Shown: piece after piece, positions 1 to 13,500 of the stretch
How the letters are laid out: the number at the start of each line of letters is the position of its first letter
Numbering within the stretch: position 1 is the stretch's first letter
Position numbers and translations under genes: made by a program
Assembly (NCBI GenBank): GCA_040954595.2
Contig: CM082586.2
Coordinates: 4,946,509 to 5,010,508, forward strand
DNA: 64,000 nt
Reading direction: 5' to 3'
Source: Balanoglossus misakiensis
Lineage: Eukaryota; Animalia; Hemichordata
The notes under the pieces: generated by a model
What the model saw: the letters and a program-made list of their open reading frames with translations, nothing else
Databases searched by the model: none
What the model was told of the DNA's origin: nothing

Positions 1-1533
1 CCAAGTGGAAAATAAAAATTTAACATACAATGGGAGACAGAAGTGCCTCATGGCAGCCCAGAAATTGTTTTTCTGTCTTGTGTCTGGGATATTCATTTGG
101 ATTTATTGATTGGTGAGAGCTGTGCTCTGAAGTCGCTAAACTCTTGGGAATTTATGAGGCAACAGACATTATAATCAACACATTTTAGAAGTTATTGTAA
201 ACTCTAGCCTCTTAATTCGATCAGTACAAGTGAACCACTGCCTAGTTCTCTGAGTTCTGGCGTGAATTGCATCGACAGATTTCAAACTTTGAAACATTAT
301 TTCTGTTGAAGCAAAGTAGATAATATAAATTTGTTGATCATTATGGTTTTAAGATGCATGGGTGAAGACAGTCTTTGTGTTACGACTGTTTTTCCAGACT
401 TTATAGCCACCCCCTCACCCAACCTCAATTTTACCATGTGATAATTTATCTGTCTGCCCCCAAAATTGCCTGGTCTGTTCACCCGGCCTAATTAGTCTCT
501 GGTGAACATTGGACCGTTCCACGTGAATTTAGGGTTGCCAAGGGTGAAGGACGTTGCCTTTTCTGGCTTCTCTCTGCAACGCGCCGGTCCCTCCCGGGTT
601 TTCAGAAAGATGTGGGAAAGTTTTTCGGCGGAGGGCAGGGGTGATTTTTCTTGCCGGGGGGATGAGTTGTCACGGGAACGGTCCGCTTGTATATCATGTC
701 CACTCCAGAGTAATTAAAACATAACAAATATCGAGCAATCATCCCTGGAGATTCCATTGAAATTCTGAGATACTTTTTCGGTCTCGTGAAAGAATTCCTT
801 GCAACAGGGAAGAGTAGTGTGTGCCACATTGCAGACTGTCTGCAACTCAAGTGGGGAATTAGACACTGCTGTTTAATTTCATCACTAACATTTTTCTTAT
901 CGCTAAAATCTGATCGGATGACAAGCATGAAAATTACGGGGGAAAGCAAAATCAGATTTTTGTTGTACATGTACTAATTGCTGCACATTATGTGACAGAA
1001 AAGAAGGGGATAAAAATAGCTGAAAATTCAAATTTCAGAACAGAACAATAGTCAGCTGTCTATTGTTCATTAGTACTGTTAAACCCTGTCCGTGGTTTTC
1101 GTTTGATGTGTTTGCCAGCCAGCACCTCCCCAAAATCACACCAGACTTTCGGTCCCCCTTGAAAGGCCTGCTGTCATTCCAAATATGGTCTCGGCTCGCA
1201 GTGGACGAAGACAGGCCCAAGGGGTTACAGTATTGGCGCATGTCACCGTGTTTGAAATATTAATGGCCTGATCACTTCTCTCTCACTTCAAAAGAATCGG
1301 TACGGTCAGCTCATAGTGTGAGGAGAAATAAAAGCAAACATTATTTCAGGGAGAAACTGACAGTGACGAAATGCATGTCGGAGAAATGAGAGGAAAACTT
1401 AATGTGCACTGAGTGTAGTTATGGCATCAAAAACACAGCTGAAAAGTACATATTACTATATTATACGAATCTCGACTTAGGAACTTCTGAAACACATTTT
1501 GATGTTTACCCTGTGCTTCTTTTTAACTCGCAG

Positions 1534-2649
1534 GTGAATCGCCCATTGGCTCTTAAGAAGGACAGCATCCAGACGCGCAAACGCAAACCCAAGAATACTT
1601 CTCAGCAGGGCCAGCCCGACATGAAGAGCAGCCCAAACGTTGGCATGCACGACGACAAGTCCAACATCGTGGCCAGCTCCGCCCCGACCTGTATTGGAAT
1701 GTCGACTCCGACCATCAAAAAGGTGAGTCAATTTCTCTCGCCGTTTCTCATCCTATAATATCAAGAGCGATCTCGATGCAATGCAGTCAGATACTGCGTG
1801 AAATATAGTACTGTGCGGTACAGAGTGATGTAATATATATGATAGGAGATGTGATATGATTTGAAGAAGAATGATATTGTGAACGCACTGTGAAGGGTAC
1901 AGCTGATTGATGGGACTGGCCATGTTGCGGTAATATTTCTTACAGGTAAATGACAGATGTTATCCGAGACCGATTGTTTTATCTTTGCTTTTCTGATAAT
2001 TGTTACAAGCAGTGTGAGAGGAAAGGTCTCAGGCCGATTAATGATTCAAATCTTTTTGGAACCAGACCAGGTCTACTTTACAAGAAAAATATATTGCCAA
2101 AATTCTTTCACTTCTTTTCTGTAATGAAAACACAGAAGAAAACAGGGTGTCCACCATCTTTTTTTCATGAAAATAACTACCTAAATTCTTTATCTGTAGA
2201 CATACACAGAGATTGGCGGCCATTTTAGATTTCAAATTTGAGGCAAGTTTGCTCTCCTCAAAATTTTGCACGGTGACCCCAATTTTTACTTTTCAATTTT
2301 CAAGAGAGAATAAACTAAAGCTGTCTTTAGAGGTGCAAAGCACATCACTGTATTTGCTCTTGCTAAATTTTTTTTTACAATTTTCCACTCTTTCTGACTC
2401 CAGGAACCGATGTATGTGCCATCAAGTATGACCTCCCCCACGGGGCTGACGACACTGAACGGCACGCACGCCATCCAACACACCGGAATGATAGTCTCCC
2501 CAACCCACGCCCTGAACCTGACCACGCCCGAACCCAGCCCCAACCTGCAGACGCCCACAACCAACATCTTCCAGACCGGCGTCAGCCCATCGCCGCCGTC
2601 AGCCGTTGCCGTGACGTTGGACAACAGCGGGTCCGTGACTTCCAACTAG
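1534..2649 (+). CDS. GATA4/5/6: GATA4/5/6-class transcription factor, last two coding exons (1534-1722, 2404-2649); zinc-finger exons lie upstream of the window
   Basis: Exon 1534-1722 (cag|GTG...AAG|gtgagt, 189 nt) encodes VNRPLALKKDSIQTRKRKPK, the basic tail after the GATA C-terminal finger. TRKRKPK is the GATA4/5/6 form (GATA1/2/3 has TRNRK). It splices in phase 0 to cag|GAA CCG ATG, and the frame ends at TAG 2647-2649. Confidence 0.85.
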
Positions 2650-5600
2650 TCTCCTCCTTCTGAGTCGACAAGTGTGCTAAGAAAGACAAACCCAAGAAGC
2701 ATGACATTTCACAGAAAAGGAAAACTGTGCTTAATCTTAATATTTTCCCCACCATTCTTTTCTGTTTTAATTTAGTTCTAAATTAGGAAAAAACAAAACT
2801 TGTGCAGTAGATCTAGTTAGATGCTAGATCAAAAAAAAAAAAAAATTAAAACCCCAACAAATGGAACGACTTTTACCAAACAAGGGTCCTTGAGTGGACA
2901 CATTATTTTGAGAATTTTCAATTGTGTTTTTGAACTGTGCAAATTTCTGTTCACATCTGTACCAGTTTCTGATCAGTACAAAAACTGGTCAGGAAGGTTT
3001 CGAAACACGAGTACAAGACAATTTGATTTGTTTTATTTTGAGGACAGGGACCAAGGTATATCAGTGCACAAACTACAACAAAATGAGCTACCAGAACAAA
3101 AACTCATGAATCATAAAGTCAGCTTTTCTTCTGAAAACCAGATTTTTAGATGCAGTCCCTGGTGATATGTGTTCATTTTGTATCCATTTTCTGTGAAAAT
3201 TGGATCATACTGGGTTTCAGTGAGCCATCAACAGGAAGTTTTCACTACAAGTCCTCACAAATCTACAGGTGATTCACCTAAACTCTTCCAAATACACAGC
3301 TCAGCTACTTCAAACCCTTACCCCCTCCCCCATATCCCAATGTACAGGTCCAACTGTACTGTGAAAACAATGGGGCGTACCAAAATGGCGGCACTGGGAG
3401 GGTTGAAATGATATCACCGATGATGATAAAACAATTGTGTCTTCGGGACACATAACGGCTGGGAGTGCTCCCAAACTGCAATGGACAATTAACATCACTC
3501 GTGGCGACTGAAAAATGCGGGACTTGACGATTATCGCGACACAAGCACGATATCAGACCCGGAGAGATTAGACCGTGGCACTGCAGGTATGCGAGTGTCA
3601 TCTCCTCGGCTGACATCGAACACATTTATTAACATCAAGTCATGACGGGCTATCGGCTATCGCTGCTAATTTATAAACAAACAGCAAATTGGCGATCATT
3701 ACTCACAGACCTGCGTGGAAAGAAAACAACATGTTTGTGTTACGATTCGGCCAATCAGACGAGCTCTAACATGCGGTCGGAAATAAATGATGATGTCAGG
3801 TGATTGACGACAAACAGTGGTGACCTGACTCTAATGACAGGAATTACTGAAGTAGTTTATTGGTGGTTGTTGGTCATTTTGGCTTCTTACATCAACCACC
3901 ATCCCATGCAGAATTGCAGAATTACCAAATTGTCACCCAGCTATGTCTCAGCCTAGGAAGGGATGCCCGCATGTTACACAAAAAATTATTTACTCTGTGA
4001 AAACTCTGTGATGCTCTCAAAACTATAGATGCTTAGTTGGATCAGCATGTTCTTTACACCCTCCTAATTGTCCAGTAACAGGCCCGGCCGCATACTTATC
4101 ACGCGATTGCCCACATCTACTATAATTTATATCGTGTCAGCAAAATCTATGTCAGACCGTTGCTGACATTTGCAACTCTGTGTATGAAATGAACTTTAGA
4201 ACCCGCGAATGACAATACACTGTGTGGCAAATAACACTTGAGTCGGTTATCTTGGTGAGAGGTCGCCCACCGATGTGTTTCGAAAACGACCCTCCGACTT
4301 CGCCAAGCACCGACCCCCGACTCGCAGCGACACTCAATTTTTTTATCAGCTGCGACAAGCAGACACTTCCTGTTGATGCGTGTAACCTGAACCCTGGTGA
4401 ACTTGCGTCAGTTGACGTTATCGAAATTTGTAAAAAAAAAAAAGAGAAGAATGACACAACATTGGCACAGACATAATCATTGTTTTAGGAGTTGAGATAA
4501 CAAGATTTATGAAAACACTAGAAACGCTGTTTTCAGCAATATTGTAACTTTTTCTTGCGTTGTTTAACGAAGTACTACTGATCAAAGATTTTTTTTCAGA
4601 AGCGTACAGTATGTTTAGGGCAAGGATGACACTTTTTTCGTGGACCAAATACAGATACGTAAATTATAGATATATCTAGTAACAAGTGTCTCAGTACAAT
4701 CTATTTCCGAATCAGATTTTTACTTAAAAAAGGAGAAAACTTTCCGCTTTGGAAATTCTGTACTAATGCGTACAATGACTACCTCTTAGTTTGATCAAAT
4801 GTAAACGTGTTGATTTTTTTGTGAACTCGTGCAATCTTCCCCCCTCCCCTCGTGTAACCCCCAACTTCACCCCCACACCCATCAAATGGACCAACCCACC
4901 CAATCAGAAAACATTTGGACTAGACTATTTTTCCTGTGGAGACAGGTTGAAAAAAGTAATTCAGTAGACATCGCTGGGAGATTAGCTCCCATAGTCACAT
5001 TGTACATTCCGCTGTGTTGTGTGATTTTTTCGCCAGTAAGCTCCATCACCTCAAAAAAAAATTATTTTTGTAAAATTTACCTTTCTCTGAAACTATAAGT
5101 GTATTTTAGTGAACTTCTAGAACTGGATGATACTTGATTTGAAAGTTGATACAATGTACTTAATAATTATTATTCTGTGGTTTATGTTTTTAGCTTCAGG
5201 AGATCTGAATGTTTTTATTCCCAGGCGATGATAGCGTTTCTGAGCAAGCATTTCTGTCAAAGCTTATTCTGCCTTGTTAAAGACACAACTTGTAGTTAGC
5301 CATGTGACCTACACCTGTGAACTGCAAATCTCTTATCAGTGTTCAGTCTGGGCTGAATGTCACATGTCAAGTAAACGGCTAGAAATTCACCGTAGCACAG
5401 CCTGGGTTCAGATGATACACCGATTATGATTTCCAACACACACAAAATATGTCTCGTCCTCGTCGTGTTAAATCCAGTGACGGATTTCTGGCAGAGATTT
5501 GTGAGGTAGAAGTCGACAGGTCTACCAACGCGGCGTGGCCATGACACGCGAGGGGAGACCAGTTCGGGAAGATCCCATTACACAGGTGTATCACAAGCAA

Positions 5601-7210
5601 TCTGTTTTCGAGATCTAATCCATATGTCTGACATGCATAAATATCAAAAAGATCAGCTTTCTACATTTGATGCACAAACTTCAAAAATCAGAAAAAAATA
5701 CAATTAACATTCTCTGTGCGGCATCTAATGTAAGTTATAAAATAAACTGAAACAGGGTCTAAAAAAACGCACGCTATTATCAGTTTTAATATTTGCATTA
5801 TTTTGTCTGGTGTTGCATGACGTAAACTGACCCCAGGGATACTTATAATTTGTATTTCTGTAGAGGCACAAACCAGATATTGATTTTCTTTTCTTGTTCT
5901 GTTCCAATTTGAACTGATTATATAATATATTTTTGTGTTATACTTTGTAAGATTTTGAGTTTGTGCCTCGCTTCTAAGTGTAGTTTTCCTGCGTGTGAGA
6001 TTATGCCTTGTTCGACCCGGGACTTTTTTCACAGTGACTTTCAGTTTGCGATTTAACCCCCTTTCACCCCTGTATTCATGTGCACGGGTCCATCTTTGCT
6101 GTTGAAAACAAAGTGATCGTACCAAATCAGGTAAACAGCGGGTAAATCATAATTGAGCCAGTTTAGCGGTGTGGGTCTATCTGTCTTTCTGTAGGGGAAA
6201 ATTCTGTCACAATTAATAACTTAGTTGTGCGAGTGGTATATATCACATATCTTAATTTTTTCTGACCTTTGACCTTTCTTCCTAAAGAATTATACATTTT
6301 TCCTGACTAAAACCACAGAGGAAATCTACACTTACATACAATCTTTAGCAGCACTATTGGTGAAGGCACTGTTTTGTTTTTAATTTTATTTTTCCTTCGC
6401 TGATCTTCATCCTGTTATGTATTTTAATGAACTTTTCAAACTTCTGACAATTTCCCACTGAGCTGTGATGATGAGCAGACTGACTGTGCAGTGTGTGTGA
6501 TTTTGTTTTAGAACCAAAATGATAAAATGAGATATTTTTAAAAGTTGGTGACAGTTTCTGTCACGGTGAGTTTTAAAGCATTGGTATATTTTTAAATCTT
6601 AAAAAAGTTAGGAGTTTGTAGACTTGAGATGACAAGTTTCAAAACTTTTACAAATTATTGTTTTTTTTGAGTGCGACTTCTGAGAAAAAAATAAACCTTG
6701 CCAATAAACTATTTTGACTTCAAACCTAAAAAAAATATTTTATTTTCAAAAAGAGAGAAGTCACTTGATTTGTATGAAAGTTTAACACGGGGATGAAATA
6801 AAAAGAAATTCACCCCTTTTGACTGGAAAGTGGACCAAACCAATTCTATTGGAAACAATGATAGGATGATACCATTAGATGCTAGACTAGGGGGTGGTAT
6901 TGATGCGTTTTTTGGGGATAAAGAAAGCAATACTGGGAAAACTTATCAACTTCTAAGTTCTATTGTTAATTTATTGTGCCAAACTGTTCATAATGTGTGT
7001 AGCTAGTTGATGTCGTAGAAATTAGATGTCTTGAGAATTGTAGTTTCTTAACATCAGAGTTTTTAAAAAACAGCTCTGTCATGATTGTTGATTATTATTG
7101 TCACAGTTTTTGATTCCGTTTTTTGACCAAATATATATTGTTCTAATTGCGAAAACCAACCTTGTTCTTTTTGATGTTTATGAACAAAATAAAACAAAAT
7201 GTTGAAAATG
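2650..7210 (+). other. Probable long 3' UTR of the GATA gene
   Basis: No convincing coding exon; U/AU-rich tracts; candidate AATAAA at about 7188-7193 followed by GU-rich sequence. The end point is inferred. Confidence 0.35.
6053..6146. mobile_element. ~90-bp TTAA/CCC-terminated MITE-like element, near full-length copy
   Basis: TTAACCCCCTTTCACCCC...GGTCCATCTTTGCTGTTGAAAACAA...ACCAAATCAGG...GGGTAAA; similar to copies at 7343, 20908, 48161 and 61371. Confidence 0.55.
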
Positions 7211-7342
7211 TACTACATGTGTGCGTATCAGTCTATAAAGAAGAATTTGCGGAAGTCCCTTGATTGGCTGCTATAGAATTGACTGTACATGAAATGTGTT
7301 TCACGCATGTTCAGGACTGTAATATGTTTTATCCTTACATCG

Positions 7343-7407
7343 CAAACCCATTGTTTTCTACAGCAAAGTTGGACCGCTGAAAAGGGAACTGGGGGTGAAA
7401 GGGTTAA
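7343..7407. mobile_element. MITE-like family copy (partial, opposite orientation to the 6053 copy)
   Basis: CAAACCCATTGTTTTCTACAGCAAAGTTGGACC...GGGAACTGGGGGTGAAAGGGTTAA. Confidence 0.55.
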
Positions 7408-7869
7408 TTCAACTCAACTACAGATCTCGGAAAACACTGCACACTAAATGAAATTTTGTGATGGGAGATATGGGAGACACCGGGAGAGGGAGATTTTGAA
7501 ATCTGACAAAATGCACTATCAGTTATGAGATGATTATGCCTTCTGTGCATGTGTTTGCCGAGAGAAATTCAACCTGTGTGCCATTAGGTTGGAAATATGG
7601 TTTGAATCAGCTGAACTGATTTGAACCATGCACGAATCAAAACTCCCCGCACATGTCAGCATGGTGACCCTCTATAACAAACATCAAACCACTCATGTTA
7701 GTTTTGGCTAAGCCACTTCATGAAAGAAAAATATGTCTTTCCAATTTTTAAAGAAACAATGGTCCATGGATGAGGTTTGACTGGCGCTCACGTGAAGTTC
7801 CACCCTGTACCCGGCAGACACGACTTAAAAAAAAGGGGGGTAACCACGCTACGTTTGTCTGTGTGTGCA

Positions 7870-8590
7870 ATTTATCAGCAATCTGTCGAAAAAAATAAAG
7901 ATCACTGGAAAATATTGACACTTCACACCACTGGCAGACTTTTTTTGTGATCTGACTGGACCTGCTGATAACATTTGCTACAAATGTTTGTCGTACGATG
8001 AAAGAGTCAATTTTTTTTGTCGAAAAATTTTTCATTCCACAAGATGAAGACAGAAAGGATGTGGTTTTACAGCGACATATGCTTTAGATCGAAGGTTGAG
8101 GTTATGCCCTTGAACTTGGGCAGTGGGTCTGACAAGCTGATTACCAACAAAGAAATTTCTGTTAATCATGACATTTGAAAAAATAAAAAATAAAATGCTG
8201 ATTTCTGACGATTCTTTTAACGTGAAGAATTGAGATTTCCAGCAACGACTGGAAATGGGACCTTCATCGTAGTTTAGTCGCAAAAGTTGTGCAATTTTGA
8301 TAAAGGATTTTTAAAAAAAAAAGTTCACACTTTCTGGTTGATGAAACTTTGGAATCAGATGCTGAAGTCAGTTCTCACTCTTATCACATTATGGGTATTT
8401 AATGGGTTGCTGCCGATCTGATTTATTGTGGTACGCTGACCCGCTGGAGGGAGTCAAAAGTTTAATTGATAAGCGTGTTGGGCCTTATGTTTCCCGAAAA
8501 AAAAATGGATATTTGCCCAAACCTGATCTTTTCACCCTCTGAGGCTGATAAACAAGTTGAAAAAAATAGAGTCAGTGTTTATCAGTTTGT
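7870..8590. promoter_or_regulatory. Candidate enhancer: cluster of GATA (TGATAA) sites with overlapping Forkhead sites
   Basis: TGATAA/TTATCA at 7873, 7966, 8298, 8381, 8467, 8546 and 8579; inverted pair CTGATAAACA (8545) / TGTTTATCAG (8576). Confidence 0.4.
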
Positions 8591-10315
8591 TGTATGACTA
8601 CATCTTGGGGTTAATCTAGTGACACTTTACCTGGCTGTGGGCAGTGCTTTGTACAGATGAGAAGTACGGAGTGTCTGTGTTTGACTTCCACTCAAAAAGT
8701 CAAGATATCATTACGTAAATGAAAACGGGAAGTACTGAAGTATTTGTGATTTTCTACAAACCAGTGGGTTTGTTGAAATCCTTTTATGAATAAAGTTGCA
8801 CATTCAGTGCAGTGAAGTTTTGAACTTTTTTTCACATTTCAGTTGCCCCAAGTCAAAGTACTGTCTCAAACATGTAAAAAGAAAAGAATTGGGTTCTTAT
8901 TCAATGGAGGCGCACTTTAAGAAGTGGAGAACGCACAAATATTAGCTTCGATTAAAACTGTCGTGATTTGAAATCAAGACTAGATTGAATAATCTCACTG
9001 TGTCCTTTTCTCTACTTCCTTGTTACTGACTGGTTAAAAATCAATATTTGATAAAACTTTTTGGTTCTTCCTTCCTAATTCATGGTTAACAAACAACGCA
9101 ATTGTCCAATATCTTGAAACATTATTACGTTTTTTTCTTCTTTATTGAATGAACAATTACTGTACAGTGCAGGTCATATTTCTTTAATGTACGACATAAT
9201 GTACATGTCACATTTCACAATCCATCCTTTTTCTCCCTCTGTGGAATTTCAATTAAAAGAAGGTTATCATGGCTCAGAGCCAGTCAATAGTACATTACAT
9301 GTGTATAAGTCATGTAGATTTCAGAGAAATTGACATGAAAGTCAGCTGAGGTGAAAGGGTTTTTTGTTGGTTAATGGTCAAATGCCCAATACATGTCAGA
9401 GCATGTCCACTAGCTGCCTCCTCAAAAAAAGGTTACTTTGGGCTGTACGTGACACTTGTATGGCAGATACTGGCCAGTTCACTCAAACTGAATGGCTTGC
9501 TATCACAGCCTCTTGGTGCCGTTTCTTGGTGTTCTGATTTTTTAAAAAAATGCCCTCTGTGTCATAGGGCCACCAGCGGAATTGAAAGTCTGTTGAAATA
9601 AGTACCGTTTCTGCATACCAAGCATTTTTTGTTCACAAGCCACCACGTCTGGATCATGATGGCTGAGGTTTCGCAATAGTGGCCGTTGTGGGCGCTATGC
9701 CACCGATGTAGATTTCAAGAAGTCAAGGTTGAATTCGAGGTCATTTTGGCTTCTGCTGTGTCAATACTGAATGAAAATTTGATTCACATTCAGTAATTTA
9801 TTTATATGGTCTGAGGAAGAGAACCACTACTATCTGTTCGGACAGAACTTGCAGAGCCCCAAGATTGTCTGCATAATGCATTGAAATCAAGTGACAGAAA
9901 TAGCCGATAAAAAAATAATGGTCTTCAGTCCCGATGATGTTGGTGTTGATATTCAACTCTGTATGAACCTTCAGTTCTGTTTCCTGAGATTTCATAAGAG
10001 ACAAATACCCTGTTCATGTGTCACAAAAAGCTGTAATGTACTGACCCAGTCTGCAATGAAAGCATGTAATAGCGCAGCGCTTTGAAAATCCGGTACAGCC
10101 AAAAAAAATAACAATAATCAGATTTCAGTATAGTATTCCCAAAAAACAATATGGCATCTCATGATTGCTATTTTCTGTGGGTGTTGCATGACTCATACGG
10201 TACATGTACTGTGTTGTGTATTTTGCATGACATGTGGTACTTTGTGTTGTTTGGATAATACTAAACTGTAAGTGTACAATGCTGGCATAATATCATTTGA
10301 TATGTTTGCAGATAG

Positions 10316-10351
10316 CTCTCTCTCTCTCTCGCACTCACTCTCTCTCTCTCT
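10316..10351. repeat. (CT)n microsatellite, interrupted
   Basis: ctctctctctctctcgcactcactctctctctctct, in the RIOK3 3' region. Confidence 0.8.
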
Positions 10352-10575
10352 GTACCAGTATTCTATACGCATTTCTGACAGCACAAAATCCATCCGGTAC
10401 ATTACCATCCTCGGGATACTGTAAACGGGGTTTCTCATCTGGAGGGCGGGGGAGATGGCATACTAGTACTAGACACTAACTGAAACTATACACTAACTTA
10501 AACACAGTGTGATACCTATACCTAACAACTAATCACCTGTCTATTCTACCACCACCACCACGACCGAATAAATCT

Positions 10576-13500
10576 TCAATCTCTCGTCTCCTCCTTGTCG
10601 TCATCTGATTCGTCCGATTGGCTGCTGGACTCCTCGTCGACGGTGGACTTCTCGAAAAAGTAGTCAAATGCGTAATTTTTCGTTGCCATGATCTGCGACT
10701 TGAACTCTTCGTTCATTTCGTAGTCTTGCACCTGGTTGGACAGAATTGAGGGTGAGAAAGTTAGACGCGACAGAATCACATGGGAGAGAGAAATTATGTT
10801 TGCTGGCCAGACAGTCAGAGTTGTGGGCAGCCAGTGAAGGGAAACCAACCATACCTGCTGTAGAAAAGCCTTGCCTTCTTTCGACGGCAGATTCAGCTGT
10901 GTGACATAGTTGAAGAGTTCGTGGGGCTTCATCACCTTCGACACACCGCACCTCGAGAAGAACTGCGAAAATGTAAACAGACAGGTCATGTCTATCAATA
11001 ACTTCTAGCAAAAGTAACTCTCCTTGTTAGGGCAGTTCACCAATACATGTACTAGCACAATTACTAGGGACTTATTTTCGCACTTTTGACATATCAGTCA
11101 AAAGAACTAGCTTCGAGGGTGGATATCTATATCTTATGGTGTGTGGCCATATATGACATTGACAATTAATTTTGCAGACTCCAATTCCTGGAGGACACAC
11201 CTATTATTTTTTTCATTTCTCAGCCAATGTGTTCTCTCTCATGAATGACAGCGATGACTGTTAAGGATTTACCTGTGACACGTTAGTGCAGTCCCTGAGA
11301 AGGAATTCCAACCCGTGTGGATGGGTCGGTTCTACAGACTGCGAGACGTCGATAAACCACACCAGATCGTTGTGCCACAGCATGTTGTATTCACTCAGAT
11401 CGGCGTGGATCAGTTTGGCATCTTGGTACAGTATCTTCATCATCTGATGATCAAAAAAAAAAAAAAAACATTAAAGAAAACTGTGATGACCACAGACAAC
11501 TTGTTTATATCTATTTTCAATCAGAACTGGCCGACTCGCACTAGTCTCTACCATTTCAGCGGGAGGGGTGATAGCCTACCTTGACACACTGTTGGTAGGC
11601 ATCTTTGGTTTGTTCCATGGAGAGTCTGGCTTGCTTGAGTTTCGGGGCTGGTTTTTGATCTTTACCGATGAACGACATCACCAGTACGTGTTTCCGTAGC
11701 AACACTACTTCTGGCACACGGATTCCGACCTTTTGCATCCTGCAAAAAAAAAGAAACAGTCAGAGTTTGGTGTTGTTTTCTTTTAAAAAACAAACTGCAT
11801 AGGAGTATGCGGACAGCATTTCTTATTCAAAGGAAAAGCACTGAAAAATATCTGATTTGTCATTCATGTTATACAACACAGAGGCATACACACAATGACA
11901 GACACACACACACTTTTACCATACCTCATCAAATTATGCATTTCCTTCTCTGCCCACATCTTGATGATCTTCCGGGGATTCAGTTTCTTCATCCTGTCTT
12001 TGAATCGATAGTCATCTCTGATGTACTTTTCTCTCGTCTTGAACTCATTCAGCGTCGTCTTGAAGACTTTGATTGCACATTCAAACGGCACCAACTTGCC
12101 TTCACCTCTGAAATAAAAAAAAATTAAAAATAGAGCAATAACGCAGAGATTTTTTGCGTCCTTCTGAAGCGTTATTCCAGGGTATTGTGAACGGGTGATA
12201 CCATTATGAGATGGGGGTTGCAGCATGACTTCATACTTACAGGCCACCGTTGGCATGGAATACGACCGCCTCTTTTCCAGTACTCACACACCCATTGATC
12301 GCTTCCAATGTCCCACCGTTGACCATCTTGTACAGTATGAGACGGGTGTTGGAGTCAAGGGCATGGTCCTGTCAATGTCAACAGCAAGAATTATTCATTA
12401 AATATTCAAATGAGCTGGATAAATGCAGTAATAATTAATTATGCAAATTGCAAATCTGTTATGACTTACTGATGTTGAGTGTTCCTTCTTTTCATGAACT
12501 CTGTGGGTCTTCTTTTCATCCGTATAACTGTGCTGTTTCAGGACATTGTAGACTGGGTTTGACAGCTGGAAATCTGCAAACTGGCTGTAGTCACCTGTGT
12601 CAAAGTCCACAGGAAACTGAAATTGAAGAAAGAAGAATGTTGGTTTTGATAAAGGTACATAAAACGTTAAGAATGTGATGAGAGTGTTATGCAAATAGTT
12701 CTGGGTCAAATATTAACATTTTTTCATCAAAGGATATCTGAACACGTTGAGACAGTCAAGTAAGCTACTGGTAGTCACAAACATGTTCATATTTGTGTTC
12801 TGTGGTATCAAGACGGTCACCCCCTGGATATTTACCATGTGGCTATTTCACACCTTATAGTAAAAGATAGGGTCCAGCAGGTAAACAACCAGGGGGTCTG
12901 CAAGTCTTACCTGGTCAACAACTTTCTGTGCATTTCTCCTTCCGCAGGCCGCTTTGTCGTGTTTGGTTGTGATATCCGTGCCTTTCCCGGTGTACCCTTT
13001 CCTGGAAGTACTCGCCTTAGAACCTTTATGGGCAAAAAGGGGGATTCTGTTTCAGTTCGTGCACTAGGTTTTTTATTATTCTATATTGGTGTTTGCTTCC
13101 CAGAGCACTTCAGGATCGTCAGCCATTACCCTTCAATTTTAGGGAAACGGTAGAAACACCAGTAATGCAATTTAGGTGCTACTGCATCAGAAGACATGGA
13201 AAGGTCATTGACCCTGACCCACCTTTCTGAATGGGTTCCACATCGTCATCCCAGCTGTCTTCATCACTGCTGTCTTGATGCAGTATGGGATGCACGGACC
13301 GATAGTTGGCAAACGAGATGGACACTGCAATGCAACAGAATGAGCATCAACATCAATGAAAACACCACAGTGGATAGCTGCGATGATCATAGCGGGTGCT
13401 GCTAGGTTGACTGGTGTGTTCGCAGCCCCACACCTAGCAGCACCTGCTACAATCATTGCAGCTACATATAGTGGGCTGTGTCCAACAACAGCCAGTGCTA

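Noticed and set aside
1-1500. Short ORFs at the start of the window
   Set aside because: No recognisable domains; the region is best explained as a GATA intron.
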